A stretch of DNA of 64,000 nt, taken from positions 67,580,001 through 67,644,000 of the forward strand of contig NC_043007.1 of the NCBI RefSeq assembly GCF_006345805.1. The letters are read 5' to 3'. The notes beneath the pieces are model-generated. The model was given only the letters and a program-made list of their open reading frames with translations. It was not told the DNA's origin and did not search any database. This document shows, in pieces, positions 1 through 57,476 of this stretch (within the stretch, counting starts at the first letter, position 1; each line of letters begins with the position of its first letter). Position numbers and translations under genes: made by a program. Source of the stretch: Octopus sinensis (taxonomy: Eukaryota).

Positions 1-766
1 ACTTAAATTTATATAGTAATATATGCCACAAATATTGTGTGAAGCAGGTAGGTAATTTGATAATGAGTTCAACATGTATATATATAAATAATATATTAAA
101 CATGTAGGTAGGTAGGTAGGCAGATAGATATATTGGATATAGAGGTAGTCAAATATGTTGAACATGCAGGTAGATAAACGTGTCGAACATGTAGGTGGTT
201 GAATGTGTAAGTATGTAAATCATGTGTTGAACATGTAGGTATGTATTTAATATGTAGATCAATAAACCATTTCTAGGTAACATACTAAATAACATGTAAC
301 ATTCAAACATGTATAACTATATGACGAGCTGTGCACGTAGACTAAGGAAATGTTAGGAGAGGAAGATCTATGAAAGGATGTATCCATCCTCTGCACTCAA
401 TACTAAACTATTTTAGAGGGGAGGTAAAAGAACAAACAAAAATATAAAAAGATGTAAATAACATAAAACAAACATACAAAAATTCTACAAAACTCATGAT
501 AATAATGGGAAAATTAATTTATCTAAATTTCATGCAGAAAGTAGTAAATATAATTAATTTAACTCAACAAGTTAGGTTTTGTCAAAGATTAAAAAAAAAA
601 ATTCTACATTAGATTGTGCACATAACACGGAAAGTGCATGTTGATCATACAATATTGCTATTTTCATGGAGTTTTTCTAATTGGATAAGATCAATATGAG
701 TGTGAAGAGAACTGCACTAAGAGTGAAGAAGTATTACTAGGTACTTCACAAGGTACCTGAGACATG

Positions 767-44310
<43,544 letters not shown>

Positions 44311-47300
44311 CTGAAAAATTAAAAAAAAAAGCATATTGTCAATAATGAACAATTAATGGGAAAACATGTTTGAAGAATAAGATTTTGAATAACATGATTT
44401 CACAATTTATCAGTTAAAAGCAAAGCTAAAAATATCTCAACCAAATGAAATAATGATTAGGAGAGCTAGTTTTTAATTACAAAATCCAAAGAATTATTGT
44501 CTGGAAATTTCAGAATAATTCAAGTAACATGATGTGATTTATTGATTTTGTTTGGGTTTGTTAGGCATTTTTTTTTTTTGCTTGAAAATGTACATAAACT
44601 AAAATAAAAGAAATTTAAGCATGAAAGTGTATGTGTGTGTTTGAGTATATACATTATTGTATAAATACACATACATATATAAAGGAATTGTAATTAAAAC
44701 ATTATGAACTGATATGTGAATTTGTGTATGTATGCATAAACATACGTGTATATACACACACATATATATAAAAAAATTGTACTTAGGATATTATAAACTT
44801 AGAACAGGACAAATGAGAATAAGAAAAGGCAAAATTAGATGAGGATTTGGTGATCTTAACTAAGGAAACTAGAATCACAAAATCATAGAATATGTAAAGA
44901 AGCATCAATAAAGAGGGCTTTCCTATCTTTACATTCACAAGTCAACATTCAACCATAAACTCAAAACTTCAGGTATCTGATATACATATCATCATCATCA
45001 CCATTTCTTTTTATGTTGCCAAATGCTAACAACAACTGAATGATAACACTGACAACTGTTGAATGTCATCCATTGAAGGCTAACATTAGCAACAACTATT
45101 GAAGGCTGACATCAACAACTTTTCAAAGCTAAATTAACCCATTGAAAAATGTTCTAATCCTGTAAGGATTCTGTTTATAGAAGGAAAATAGATCATAGAA
45201 TAGATGAAAGTTTTTCTCTCTTATATTAGAAAGTTTCTCCCTTTCTTCAAAATGAATGTAAACAGAGTTAGTATGATTCTTATGAGATCATATGTATTTC
45301 AAAACTGGCTGACTAATGCAGTTCTGTGTCATACAGGAAGTTAAATATTAAACAGCTGTTGAATGCCAACATCAACGATACTTTGAATGTTGTAGAGCTT
45401 AGCAAACGTACCAGTAATAAATGGAGGGTTAACTGCAATTCAGTATTCCTCTACAGTTGGCGAGAAATGCAGAAGTGGAGTAGATTCTGTGCCAATCAAT
45501 TTTGTTTAGATCCGACAGTGGGGTAGTAGTTTGGAATAATTGTACTGACAGCAAGATGCCTTTCCTTTTGCCAACCAATCAATCATGTAATGTGTGTTAT
45601 CTGTTTTGTGTTTGCAGTCAAGGCATTCCAAAGCAAGCAGAGTTATAGCCCTTGATCAAAGCTCAGTTCAATGGCTAAAAAGGGCCATCAAGTCATTAGT
45701 CCAGCCTCTTTAACCTCATAGCCACTTATCTACTTACAAACAACTGAGTAAGCATAGGTATATCTATTTTGGTAGTGTATCTTGGAACCTCTTTCAGGAT
45801 AGTTCATTGGAGTGGCTTTCTATTGGCCTTCTTTAAGGCAGACATATGATGCCTTCAATTATTAGTACAGAGAAAATGAAAAGCTGCAATATATGTACCT
45901 TTTCCAGGAGCATTTAGAATCAGTGAAGTGTATATGTGTGTGTTTATGTGTACAATAAAAAGCAAAAATTGTGTCCAGGATTTGGGGTTCAGTTTTACTC
46001 TATAAGCATTCACCTTAGAATGAAACCAAAAAAGCATAAATTTCATATATAGTTCACACTTTGTGTTCAACAGCTGTTTCATTAAGATAAATATCATTAA
46101 ATGTATAATTATATAATTGTGATATATAATTAATTTAAATTGAATTAATATAAAATAAATCAATTTAAAAACTATGTTAACCCAGATAATTATAAAAATG
46201 AAGTGTTATGTTAATCAGGAAACTGTTTCTGGTTTAAATACATCAATTCTCTATAGCATCCACCCAATAAATATTGCAGATCTTATTATATAAAAAAATT
46301 GGCCAGACTGGATGATATAGTCTTAGATACACTATAGCTGAATAAAAGATGGGAATATTATGGATGGAATAACTTCATCATAGGTCTCCTTGATCATGTT
46401 GATATCAGGTTAAACTACAACAATATGGTGGCATTGATCTATTCTTCAGTAACCCATAGTAAGATTAGAACCAAGTTCTACTGGCTAACAGAATATGTGA
46501 TAAAAGAATAAAATACAGAACCTTAAGAAACTAGTGTTGGTTTGCAGTGGAAACAGAAAGTCCACAAGAGAGTTTGTAGAAGAGTCTGAGGAGTTGAATT
46601 ACCATAATAAGGGAGGAATCTAACATATAAGAAAAATTTTTGCCTCTCATCTGAAAATGAGAGAGAGAATGAAACTACTACTGTCATTTTGGTTGTAAGC
46701 TAGCAAAAGAGTTATCAAACTAGTTTACAGCCATAGCATTTTCTCAAACTTCCCTATTCTCAGATGAAAGACTATCAGAGATCCAAACAATTTAATTTCC
46801 ATTCCTCACAACAATTTAGCTTAATTGAACTATTTTTAGAAATCCTCCAATCACAGTAACAGTTCTGTATGAAGTTCAGAACTGATCTAGTTTACCTGTC
46901 ACAATTGATATATGTTTAGATCAGTCTTTATTTCTTTGACTGTGGATTTCTAAAAATGCCGTCTGTGATTATACTTGGCAATGTCTTTAGACAAACTGAT
47001 TAGTTAATTCTAAAAGAAATCTATAGAAACTAGTCACTATTTAGGAATGGTTTGTTAAGTTGTTGTTTTTTTATGTTGCATACTGTATTTTTCCTTACCA
47101 AGAATGGATTATTACTCTCAAGTATATTATTATCATTCATTCTCTGGTACAAGTTAATATTCATGCCAATCATTCTTTTATGGTAATTTTTCATACACAC
47201 GACATGTTCTTTATATAATCATACAATCAATTGCATATCCAAATTACAGACTTTCTGTTTCAGAGATAGAAAATTCTTCAGTCTTAACAGAACCGTTAGT

Positions 47301-47510
47301 GTGTGTGTGTGTGTGAGAGAGAGATAGAGAGAAAATCACGTGCATCAACTAAGTTTGTTAACTTAAAAAGAGGCTGGACATATTGACTAATGCAGGACCT
47401 AGATATACAAAAAGATGGGATCAACAAAACTAGGGCATCTTTGATCATAGGCCTGCTTGATCACAGTTGATCTGAGACTAAATAACAACATGGTACCAAT
47501 ATATATATAT

Positions 47511-47556
<46 letters not shown>

Positions 47557-47856
47557 TCTTTTATTCTTTTACTTGTTTCAGTCATTTGACTGTGGCCATG
47601 CTGCAACACCACCTTGAAGAGTTTTTAGTTAAACAAATCTACTCCAGGACTTATTTTTTCAGCCTAGCACTTATTCTATCAGTCTCTTTTGCCAAACTGC
47701 TAAGTTACGGGAGACATAAACACAACAACACCAATTGTCAAGCAATGATGGGGAGACAAGCACAGACACAAAGACATACACACAAAGATATATACATACA
47801 TATATATATATAAAAAATTAGAAAAAAACATATATATATATATATATAAAAATAGA

Positions 47857-47916
<60 letters not shown>

Positions 47917-47940
47917 GATAGATATATATATATATATATA

Positions 47941-50540
47941 AAAGAACCCTTCGCATGGTCAGAAATTTAGGGACATACTCATCAAGAAATTTGATGAGAG
48001 GGAGGAGGAGCTTCAGACGTCAGACATAGAAGGTAGCTGGGAATTCCTACGGGACAGCTTGTTGAGTGCCACAGACCAAGTCTGTAGATGGTGCAAAGTC
48101 CCTTCCAGACCTAGAATTACGTGGTGGTGGAATAGTGCAGTAGATAAAGCCATCTGTGAAAAGAGACGGGCCTGGAAAGCCTGGAAGGATGGGGGCAGCA
48201 GGGAACTGTACCAGATAGCCAAAAGGGAGGCTGGGCGGCAGGTATACATTGCCAAAGATGTAGCAGAAAAGAAGAAGTTTGCCAATGTTCAGCGTCGCGA
48301 GGATCAAAGAGCTGAAGTATTTCGGATTGCCAGACAGTGTGTCAGAGAAAATAGCGATGTTATAGGAGAGAAATGTGTCCGCATGGATGATGGGGCACTT
48401 GCTTTTACTACTAGTGAAAATAAAGAGGCTTGGAGAAGCCATTATGAAAGACTGCTGAATGAGGAGAATGAATGGGAGGAGGAGAGCCTGCCAAATGTTG
48501 ACCCAGTAGAGGGACCAGCTACCCGAATAGACAGCTCCCTTGTAGATAAGGCAATTAAGGATATGAAACCAGGCAAAGCCCCTGGCCTATCAGGAATCAC
48601 TGCTGAGATGCTTAAAACAGCTGGCTATGTGGGCTATGCCATAGTCACCCGCATTGTAAACCAGGTAGTTCACAATGGAGTCATACCCAATGACTGGTGC
48701 AGCAGCACCATAGTCAACTGCTACAAGGGTAAGGGTGATGCTCTAGATAGAAATAACTACAGAGGCATCAAACTGTTGGACCAGGTGATGAAGGTCTCAG
48801 AGAAGGTCATACCAATCTCATTAGGGAGAGATTTGTTTAGATGAATGCAGTTCGGTTTTGTACCAGGTAGAAGCACCACTGATGCTATATTCCTGGTCCG
48901 ACAACTGCAGGAGAAGTACCTAGCTAAAGATAAACCCCTCTACATAGCTTTTGTAGACTTGGAGAAAGCCTTTGACAGGGTTCCCCGTTCCCTTATCTGG
49001 TGGTCGATGCGGAAACTGGAGATTGAAGAATGGCTAATAAGGGCTGTACAGGCTCTATATAGAGAGGCTGTCAGCAAGGTTAGGATTGGCAACGAATATA
49101 GTGAAGAATTCCGGGTAGAAGTAGGTGTGCACCAGGCTCAGCCCTCAGTCCCCTTTTATTATTCATAGTCCTTCAGGCAATAACAGAGGAATTCAAAACG
49201 GGATGCCCCTGGGAGCTCCTCTATGCCGATGACCTAGCTCTCATAGCAGAATCACTACCGGAACTAGAAGAGAAATTTTGGGTGTGGAAGCAAGGGTTGG
49301 AATCAAAGGGCCTTAGAATAAATGTAGCAAAGACCAAAGTATTAGTAAGCAGCAAGAGGTACTCAGCACACATCCCCTTGGGTAGGTGGCCCTGCTCAAC
49401 CTGTAGGAAAGGTACAGGTAGAAACTCCATAAGATGCACCCAATGTAAGTTATGGACACATAAGAGGTGCAGCAACATTAAAGGGAAATTAACAGATAAG
49501 ATAGCTTTCATGTGCGGCAGATGCACAGGGACAATAGACACAACAGACACTCAGAAAACAGATTCCATCACACTCCAGGGAGAGAAACTAGAAGTAGTTG
49601 ATAGTTTCCACTACCTGGGAGACCAAGTTAGTAGCGGAGGTGGATGCACAGAGAGTATCACCACTAGAATACGAATAGCCTGGGCAAAGTTCAGAAAGCT
49701 CCTACCCCTACTGGCAACAAAAGGTCTCTCCCTCAGAGCAAAAGGTAGATTGTATGATGCATGTGTGCGAACTGCCATGCTTCACGGTAATGAAACATGG
49801 GCTGTGACTGCAGAAGACATGCGTAGACTTGAAAGAAATGAAGCTAGCATGATCCGCTGGATGTGTAGTGTCAGTGTGCACGCAAAACAGAGTGTAAGTA
49901 TCCTGAGAGAAATGCTGGATATAAGAAGCATCAGATGTGGTGTGCAAGAGCGACGCTTGCGATGGTATGGTCATGTGCTGCGGATGGATGAAGAGAGATG
50001 TGTGAAGAAGTGCCACTCCCAAACAGTTGAAGGTATCAGGGGGAGAGGTAGACCCAGGAAGACATGGGATGAGGTGGTCAAGCATGACCTCAGAGCATTG
50101 GGCCTCACTGAGGCAATGGCGAAGGACCGAGATCTCTGGAGATATGCTGTGACTACAAAGACCCGGGCTGCTTTCTGCAGCAATTCCACATACTCCCTAC
50201 CCATTCTAAGTACCCCAGATCCCCAAAGTACCCTGGATCCCCAAAGTACCCCGATCCCCAAAGTACCCCGACCTCGTTGCCCCCGTGCCGCTGACACGTT
50301 AAAATGCTCGAACCGATCGTGACGATGCCGGACCCTCCGGCCCCTGTGCAGGTGGCACGTAAAAAGCACCCAATCCACTCACGGAGTGGTTGGCGTTAGG
50401 AAGGGCATCCAGCCGTAGAAACTCTGCCAGATTCAGACTGGAGCCTGGTGCGGCCCCTGGCTTCCCAGACCCGGTCAAACCGTCCAACCCGTGCTAGCGC
50501 GGAAAGTGGACGTTAAACGATGATGATGATGATGATGATG
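47941..50540 (+). mobile_element. Second, older RTE-clade LINE (related subfamily) with frameshifts
   Basis: ORF pieces 48059-48844, 48845-49168, 49282-50322 collinear with 42065-43471; shares the terminal ~190 bp and (GAT)n. Confidence 0.93.
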
Positions 50541-50837
50541 ATACACAATAGGATTCTTTCATTTTCTGTCTACCAAATCCACTCACAAGGCTTTAGTTGG
50601 CCCAAGGCTACAGAAAACACTTGCCCAAGGTGCCACGCAGTAGGACTGAGCCCAGAACTTTGTAGTTGGGAAGCAAACTACTTACTACACAGCCACACCT
50701 GTGCCTATATATATATATATATATATATACTATTCTTAAAGTATTGCTCACATTGTGCACTACTCATGCACTTGTTCATTATGGATTATATTTAAACAAT
50801 GGTTATTGTCATCATCATCATTTATTATGCTAATGAG

Positions 50838-51085
50838 CGGTGGCATGTGACTTAGTGGTTAGGGGTGTTGAACGCATGATTGCAAGGTTGTGGTTTCGAT
50901 TCCTGGACCGGTTGATGTGTTGTGTTCTTGAGCAAAACACTTCATTTTCACGTTGCTCCAGTTCTCTCAGCTGGCGAAAATGAGTAATCCTGCGACAGAC
51001 CGGCGTTTCGTCCAAGTGGGGAATTTCTACGCCACTGAAACTGGGAAACCAACCCTTATGAGCCTGGCATGGCTAGAGAAGGAAC
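50838..51085 (+). mobile_element. SINE family B with tail beta
   Basis: Head as 38410-38720; tail as 27830-27915. Confidence 0.8.
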
Positions 51086-53104
51086 ATTTATCATGCTAAT
51101 CTTTTATACTGGCATGGGTTAGAATAGTAGTGTGTCTAGTATCACTTTGTGGTAGTTTGACCAGCAGGAAATAACAGCAAAACCTTTCTCAAATTACACC
51201 CTACTAAATGTTTCTAGTCTTCTAAATCTTGACCTAAATCTGTTGGAAATATCCTTATCCTTCCTTTCATCATCAATCTATCCAAATACATTGTATAGCT
51301 TTATTATATAAAGCTACACCATGTAATGGGATAGCTAATGTGGCTGCATTATAAGCAGGGTAATTAATGTAGCTATACCATAAGCAGGGTAAATAATGTA
51401 GCCATCGTAATGATTTTATGACATAGTAAGTGTTATAATACTATATAATGTAGCCAATCATGATAAATTAGAAGAAACTTAAGACATGTCCAATATACAA
51501 TCTGGTTACTAATTCCTTACTGACATACATTGCCTCCGTTTTAATTAATTTTCAAACAAATTAGAGAATTTAGTAAAATAACTAAGCTGGCATTTGAGAC
51601 ATAAATTAATAAAGAAATTTTGATGAAAAAGTTAAATTTAGATCATCTAAAAACTGGAAGTTTGGAGCATAAAACTAGGGTCTGCCTCAGCAGGTTGGTA
51701 TCAAAAGGGTTAATACTCTTTAGAATATGTCACATAAATTCATCTTTTACTGAACAGCTATGGTTCCAAAATTAAGTCCAAGAGGATTTTGAAATAGAAT
51801 ACACACATACTTCCAAAGAATAAACATCAGATGCTATCACCAAGGCAGTACTTGAAAGCAAACTAAAACCTCGATTTTATTGAAATATTTAAAACAAAAA
51901 AAAAAAACTAAGCGAAATGGTGAGTTTAAAAAATAATAAAACATCAATGTGGTAAAATTTATAGTGGAAACAGCTGAAGGAAGAGAAAAAAATGATTGAG
52001 AACCTATTAACAGTATTGATTACATCACTAATTAGAAAAAATATATTTCGCATAATTTGAGACTGAAAACACAAAAAGATAAAAAGTATTAAAATTACAT
52101 TTAAATACAAGTGGCATTTTTTATTTATTTCCATTGCAAAGTGTGTGTGGAGAAAGTAATTAATTTTTTCTCGTTCATTTTGAAGAAGATATTGTGATTT
52201 ATATAATGATTTCTTTTTTTTTTTTGTCACCAGGGCAATAATAATGATTTCATTTATTTGCCAATAATAATAATAATAATTAATTCTTTTATTGGCCACA
52301 AGGGCTGACAAAAATTAATTATAACATATAGAGACAAAACACAGGATGAAAGTTACAAAGGGTTTTGTCAGTTTGTAAAAAAAAAAACGTGTAAAAACAG
52401 TGTAACAACGAAAAACTCCCAATAGTGGGAGGTGTTACGAAAGGTTCCTGGTGAAAAAACCCATAAAAACCATGAGAGCCTGGTCAAAAGGTGGGTAGAG
52501 AGCCCCTTTCTCCTTTTGTAATACCTTTTTAAATTACAATAAATGCCCTCATGAAGTACCAGACAGTGGCTCTCATGGCTTCTTATCTTAACTGATTGGA
52601 AATATTATTTTGTATATGTTTTGTCTTGTTATAAAAGATGGGCTACATAAATATTTTGCTCAATACCACATATTTGCTTGACAGTTGTTTGACCATAACC
52701 AGTTAAGGATATCCTTTAGCAGCTGATATGAACATCTCTGATCACGAGCAGGAGAAGTGGGGGAGCATCATAGCCATGTGTTGAGAGGGATACTTTGAGG
52801 TTTGAATAATTCACCTCTGGATACATGGGTGTTTCATTCTATAGTTCCCTTATTCAGGGACCTATAGAGCAGGATGGGCTACTTGACCTGAAGAAAATTC
52901 TAACCGGGGGGGGGGGGGGGGGGGGGCTACCTGCAAGGTTAAGTACTGTTTATGTTGATATGAGATAACCATGTCATGCATATAATATTGTGATATATGT
53001 ACCTGGTATATCTTTATCAGATGGGGAGTCATGATAGGTATATCGGGCTTTGTATATTTGTACCCTAACGTCATTTCGAGGGCATGAGCTACTCTTTCAC
53101 TCAA

Positions 53105-54000
53105 TAATAATAATTGTTTCACATGTTGGCAGAACGTAGGCAATTTTAAAGAGAAAGGGATAGTCCATTACATTGACCCTCAGTATTAGACTGGTACTTC
53201 ATTTTATTGACCCTGCAAGGATGAAGTTGACCTCAGCAGGATTTGAACTCAGTATCTAAAGAATCAGAAGAAATGGCATTAAGTATTTTCTTCAACACAT
53301 GAAAGATTCTATCACCTTGCCCTCTCAATAATAATCTTTTCTACTATAGACACAAGGTCTGAAATTTTAGGGGAGGGGTTAAGTCAATTATATTGACCCC
53401 AGTGCTACAACTGGTGCTTAATTTATTGAAAGGATGAAAGGAAAAGCTGACCTCAGTGGAATTTGAAATTAGAACATACCAACAGGTGAAATACTGCTAA
53501 GCATTTCGTTGAACATGTTAATGATTCTGCCAGCTCACTGCCTTAATAATAATAATCCTTTCTACTTCAGGCACAAGGGCTGAAATTTGGGGGAGGGGGA
53601 TAATCGATTACATTGATCTTAGTGTTTCACTGGTACTTAATTTATCAACCCTGAAAGGATGCAAAGCGAATTCGACCTCAGTGGAATTTGAACTCAGAAC
53701 ATAGCAACGGGCAAAGTACCACTAAGTATTTTATCCAGCATGTTAACAATTCTGCCAGCTCACTGTCATAATAATAATAACAATAATAATAATGGTTTCA
53801 AATTTTGACACAAGGCCAGTAATTCTGAGGAGAGGGAAAGTAGATTGCATTGACTCCAGTGCTCAGCTGGTACTTATTTCATCAACAGCAAAAGGATTAA
53901 AGGCAAAGTTAACCTCGGCAGAATTTGAATATAAAGATAGGTGAAATGTCACTAAACATTTTACACACCATACTAACAATTCTTCCAGCTCACCACCCTA
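53105..54000 (-). mobile_element. Head-to-tail array of four family-D SINEs
   Basis: ~220-bp units separated by (AAT)n. Confidence 0.88.
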
Positions 54001-55974
54001 CATAAAAAAAAAAAATCATAATAAAGAACCAACTGTTACTTGTAAATGAATATGGCTTGGTAACATGTACCATGCTTTCACTAATTTCTTTAGGTGCCTA
54101 TGTAGTCACAAACTAACACCCCCTCAGATTCAGCATCACATCTAGGATGTGACTGATAGAGAAAGGGAGAGCTACTCAGTACTCAGTTTTCAGTTGAGTA
54201 AACTAGAAAAGTGTAAAATGAAGTACCTTCCTCTAAAAATCCATTGCACGGCCAGGGCCAAATAGTGAAACTCATGACATGATTGTTATTATCAACGTGT
54301 CCTGACTGCAACACTGCACCCTATATGACTCATTGCTGCATGTTGGAATGTGATGTATGGTTCTCAGTTAGGTGGGGCCATGGTATGTCTATGACAACAG
54401 ACTAAGATGACCTATAAGCTGATTTGGGATTAAACAACGACACGTTCACAACAGCATTATTTTGAGACAATAATCAAATACAACTCCATATCAGTTGTTT
54501 ATAATAAAACAAACCTTAAATTTATAAGTATTTACATAGATTCTTGGAATGACTAATATGATATGTACACAACTAATTTGTTTTTTTATTAACAGATATT
54601 AACTTTTAACATTCTGTTGAAAATTTTCTAGGCTAAATCAAAAGCTCAGGCCTCCTGTAATGATTCCATTACTGGACAAAAATGAATGTAAGAGGAAAAG
54701 ATTAGAGTTTTTCCTCTCATATATTTGACTTCCTTGCTTTCTTCAAAATGAATGTAAACAAGGTTAGTATGAATCTTGTGAAAAGCTGACCAATGCAGTA
54801 TCATATGGAATTGTGTCATACAAGAAGTTAAGAGTAAGGTGACAGGCTGGCAGAAACATGAGAGCACTGGAGAAATGCCATGTATTATTTGTTCTGACTC
54901 TTTATGTTTTCAGTTCAAATCCCAGTAGGGCAATTTTTTTCTTTCATCCTTTCAGAGATTGACAAAATAAAGAACCAGCTAAGTACTGGGGTTGATGGCA
55001 TCAACTAAACACTTCCCTTCAGAATGGCTGGCCTTGTGTTTAAATCAGTAATACTTATCTCTTAACTAGATAATAGTTTGTTGGATAGCTATGTGTAGGA
55101 TTCAGATGACAGACTCAAAGAAATAATAAATTGCATGTAATATAAGTGGATCAAGAAATATAAGCCAAACCCCAGCTGAACTGAAATGAAATTGATCTTT
55201 TTACTATCATGCCCGAGTCATTTAAATTAAAATCTTCCCTTAATATGTTTATGTAAGAACTTCTTGTTAAATTATGTTATGGTCTAAACAACAGCTTAGT
55301 AATGAAAATATTACATATTTTATTAAAATTCTTCCAATTTTTTAAAATTTTTAATATTAGCCGAAATGCTTAGGTAGTAATATATTTTATTTGAAATATA
55401 TTCTGGTAGTTAAGGTACATGACCCAGTAAATTAGGGTGTTACACTCATGATCAGAAGATCATGGTTTCAGTCCCTGAACTAGGTAGTGCTATGTGTTCT
55501 TGAGCAAAACACTTCATTTCATGATGTTCCAGTCCACTCAGCTGTAAAATGAGTTCCAGCTACCATTGAGAAGTTAACCCTGCAACAGATAAGCATCACA
55601 TTCAGGGTGGGGTGGTGTTGTAATTTCAGTTATCTATACACTATGGAAACTAGGTTAAACTCTAGCTTTATAAGTCCTAGGGCTCACAACAGACCTAAGT
55701 CGAAGCGAGTTCAAGAGATTTCTTTTCCTCTCTAATTTACTTTAAATGTTGAAGTTAATGATATAAAAGGGGTGGAAAGAGAATAAACATCTGTATAATT
55801 AAGCATTAAACAATGTTAGTTTGACATTTTCATCATAGAATCTAATTCCTTTTTATTGGTGCAGGAAATCAGGAATAATCTTATAGCTGTGACTTGATCT
55901 GTTTTAAATATGGCAATTGAAACACATAAGAGTTCACATAATAATTATAAGCTGGGAAATTGGAAAAGACCTTT

Positions 55975-56200
55975 TTTAATACACACATACATAAACTTGT
56001 TCCTTCCATCAGACTTAACCTTCTCTCACTACCTCACCTAAAATTATCACACACACACTCACAGTTATAGGGGTAATTTTCAGGTCCTTTAGGCCTGCTG
56101 GTTGCAAGATAACTTCATTAGTGGTGGAGCTGTGAGAACAAAAATAAGCATCCAGCACACTTTGTAAAGTGGTTGGCATGAGGGAGGGCATCCAACCATA
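55975..56200 (+). repeat. Copy 1 of a ~225-bp direct repeat (copy 2 at 58741-58973)
   Basis: Near-identical ttccttccatcagacttaaccttctctcactacctcacc..gttgcaagataacttcattagtggtggagctgtgagaacaaaaataagcatccag. Confidence 0.9.
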
Positions 56201-56214
56201 AAAACCGTGCCGAA

Positions 56215-56460
56215 TCAGACACTTTGAAGATTTCTCTCCTGTAGTTTCTCCTCAATTTGGACAACCAAGTTCTATAAATATTGAGCTCCTGGAAATGGTA
56301 GTTGAGAAAATTCCAAAGTAAACTGCATGAGAATTATCAAAACAGTTTAATTTAGGTCTCATTTCACTCATAAAACAATCTCCTGAACCAGGAAAAGTGT
56401 TTAAACTTGGTCAGTGAGTTCCTCATCATCTGACCATTTCTCAGCCTAATAAAAGAGTTA
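56215..56460 (+). mobile_element. Mariner (Mos1-like) transposase relic
   Basis: PGKVFKLGQ*VPHHLT resembles the WVPHEL motif. Confidence 0.55.
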
Positions 56461-56682
56461 CACACACACACATACATACACAACAAGCTTCTTTCAGTTT
56501 TAGTCACCCAAATCCACTCACAAGGCTTTGATTGGCCTGGGGCTATAGTAGAATACACTTATCGAAGGTGCTATGCAAAGGGACCAAATCCAAAACCATG
56601 TCATGAGGAAGCAAACTTCTTAAAATCACAGAGCCATACTGCACCTATATATATATATATATATTATATATATATAATCTTA

Positions 56683-56900
56683 TCAAATACACATACTCAA
56701 TGTATGTGTCTTGCTTGTTTACTGGTAGGCTGCAATTTAATGCAGTGGAGATGACTCCCTCAATGTGCTGTGTGTTAAAACACCTGAAAGTGACTTATAT
56801 GTGTTTTAAATACTTGGTGCTTTGAGGGAGTCATCTCCACTGTGGTAAATCACAGCCTACTGGTGAACAAACAAAGCACATACATTGAGTATGTGTTTGA
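56683..56900. repeat. 218-bp palindromic (hairpin/MITE-like) element
   Basis: Arms cacatactcaatgtatgtg..cagtggagatgactccctcaa and ttgagggagtcatctccactg..cacatacattgagtatgtg are reverse complements. Confidence 0.85.
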
Positions 56901-56938
56901 CAATGTTTACATGATATGCACTGCTTCTGATTCATATT

Positions 56939-56974
<36 letters not shown>

Positions 56975-56975
<1 letters not shown>

Positions 56976-57245
56976 CTTAGAGAAAAAAAACACTATTATG
57001 CAATTCAAACAATGATAGACATAAATCATAAATAAAAAATAAATATTTTTATAAAACATATAACTACATCACAAAAGTATAAAAATGAATAAGCAATATA
57101 TAATAAGTAATTATATATATTAATAATTATATATTGATTATTCATTTTTATACTTTTTTTGATCTAGTTATATGTTTTATAAATATATATTTTATTTTTT
57201 ATTTATGATTTGGTTTATAATTTGCATAATAGTGGTTTTTTTCTT
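56975..57245. repeat. ~270-bp AT-rich palindrome related to the Penelope-like terminus
   Basis: agaaaaaaaacactattatgcaatt..aaagtataaaaatgaataa versus ttattcatttttatacttt..tttgcataatagtggtttttttct. Confidence 0.8.
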
Positions 57246-57438
57246 GAATTTATATTTTATATATTTATAATGGAAAATTTGATTTAATACTAAATAGAAT
57301 TTTTCCCTGTAAGTTTGGAGTTATACTCCCTAATATTATTATTATATATATATATATGTATATATAATGAAGCAATTACCACAGGATCACAAAAACGTCA
57401 ACACTAAACAATGTGAGGAGAGGAAGAAAATGAATGAA

Positions 57439-57476
<38 letters not shown>

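Noticed and set aside
45140-45340. Similarity to 54660-54830 (ctttcttcaaaatgaatgtaaaca..)
   Set aside because: Two diverged copies of a probable dispersed repeat; no structure or coding signal, cannot classify.
51520-51713. piggyBac-like MITE (aagggttaa end; relatives at ~15930, 30150)
   Set aside because: Only one terminus is recognisable per copy, so boundaries and class are unsupported.
53105-54000. CRISPR-like or satellite interpretation of regularly spaced repeats (also 61375-62255, 43544-43900)
   Set aside because: Units are whole SINEs or LINE UTR modules in eukaryotic intron context; no cas genes.
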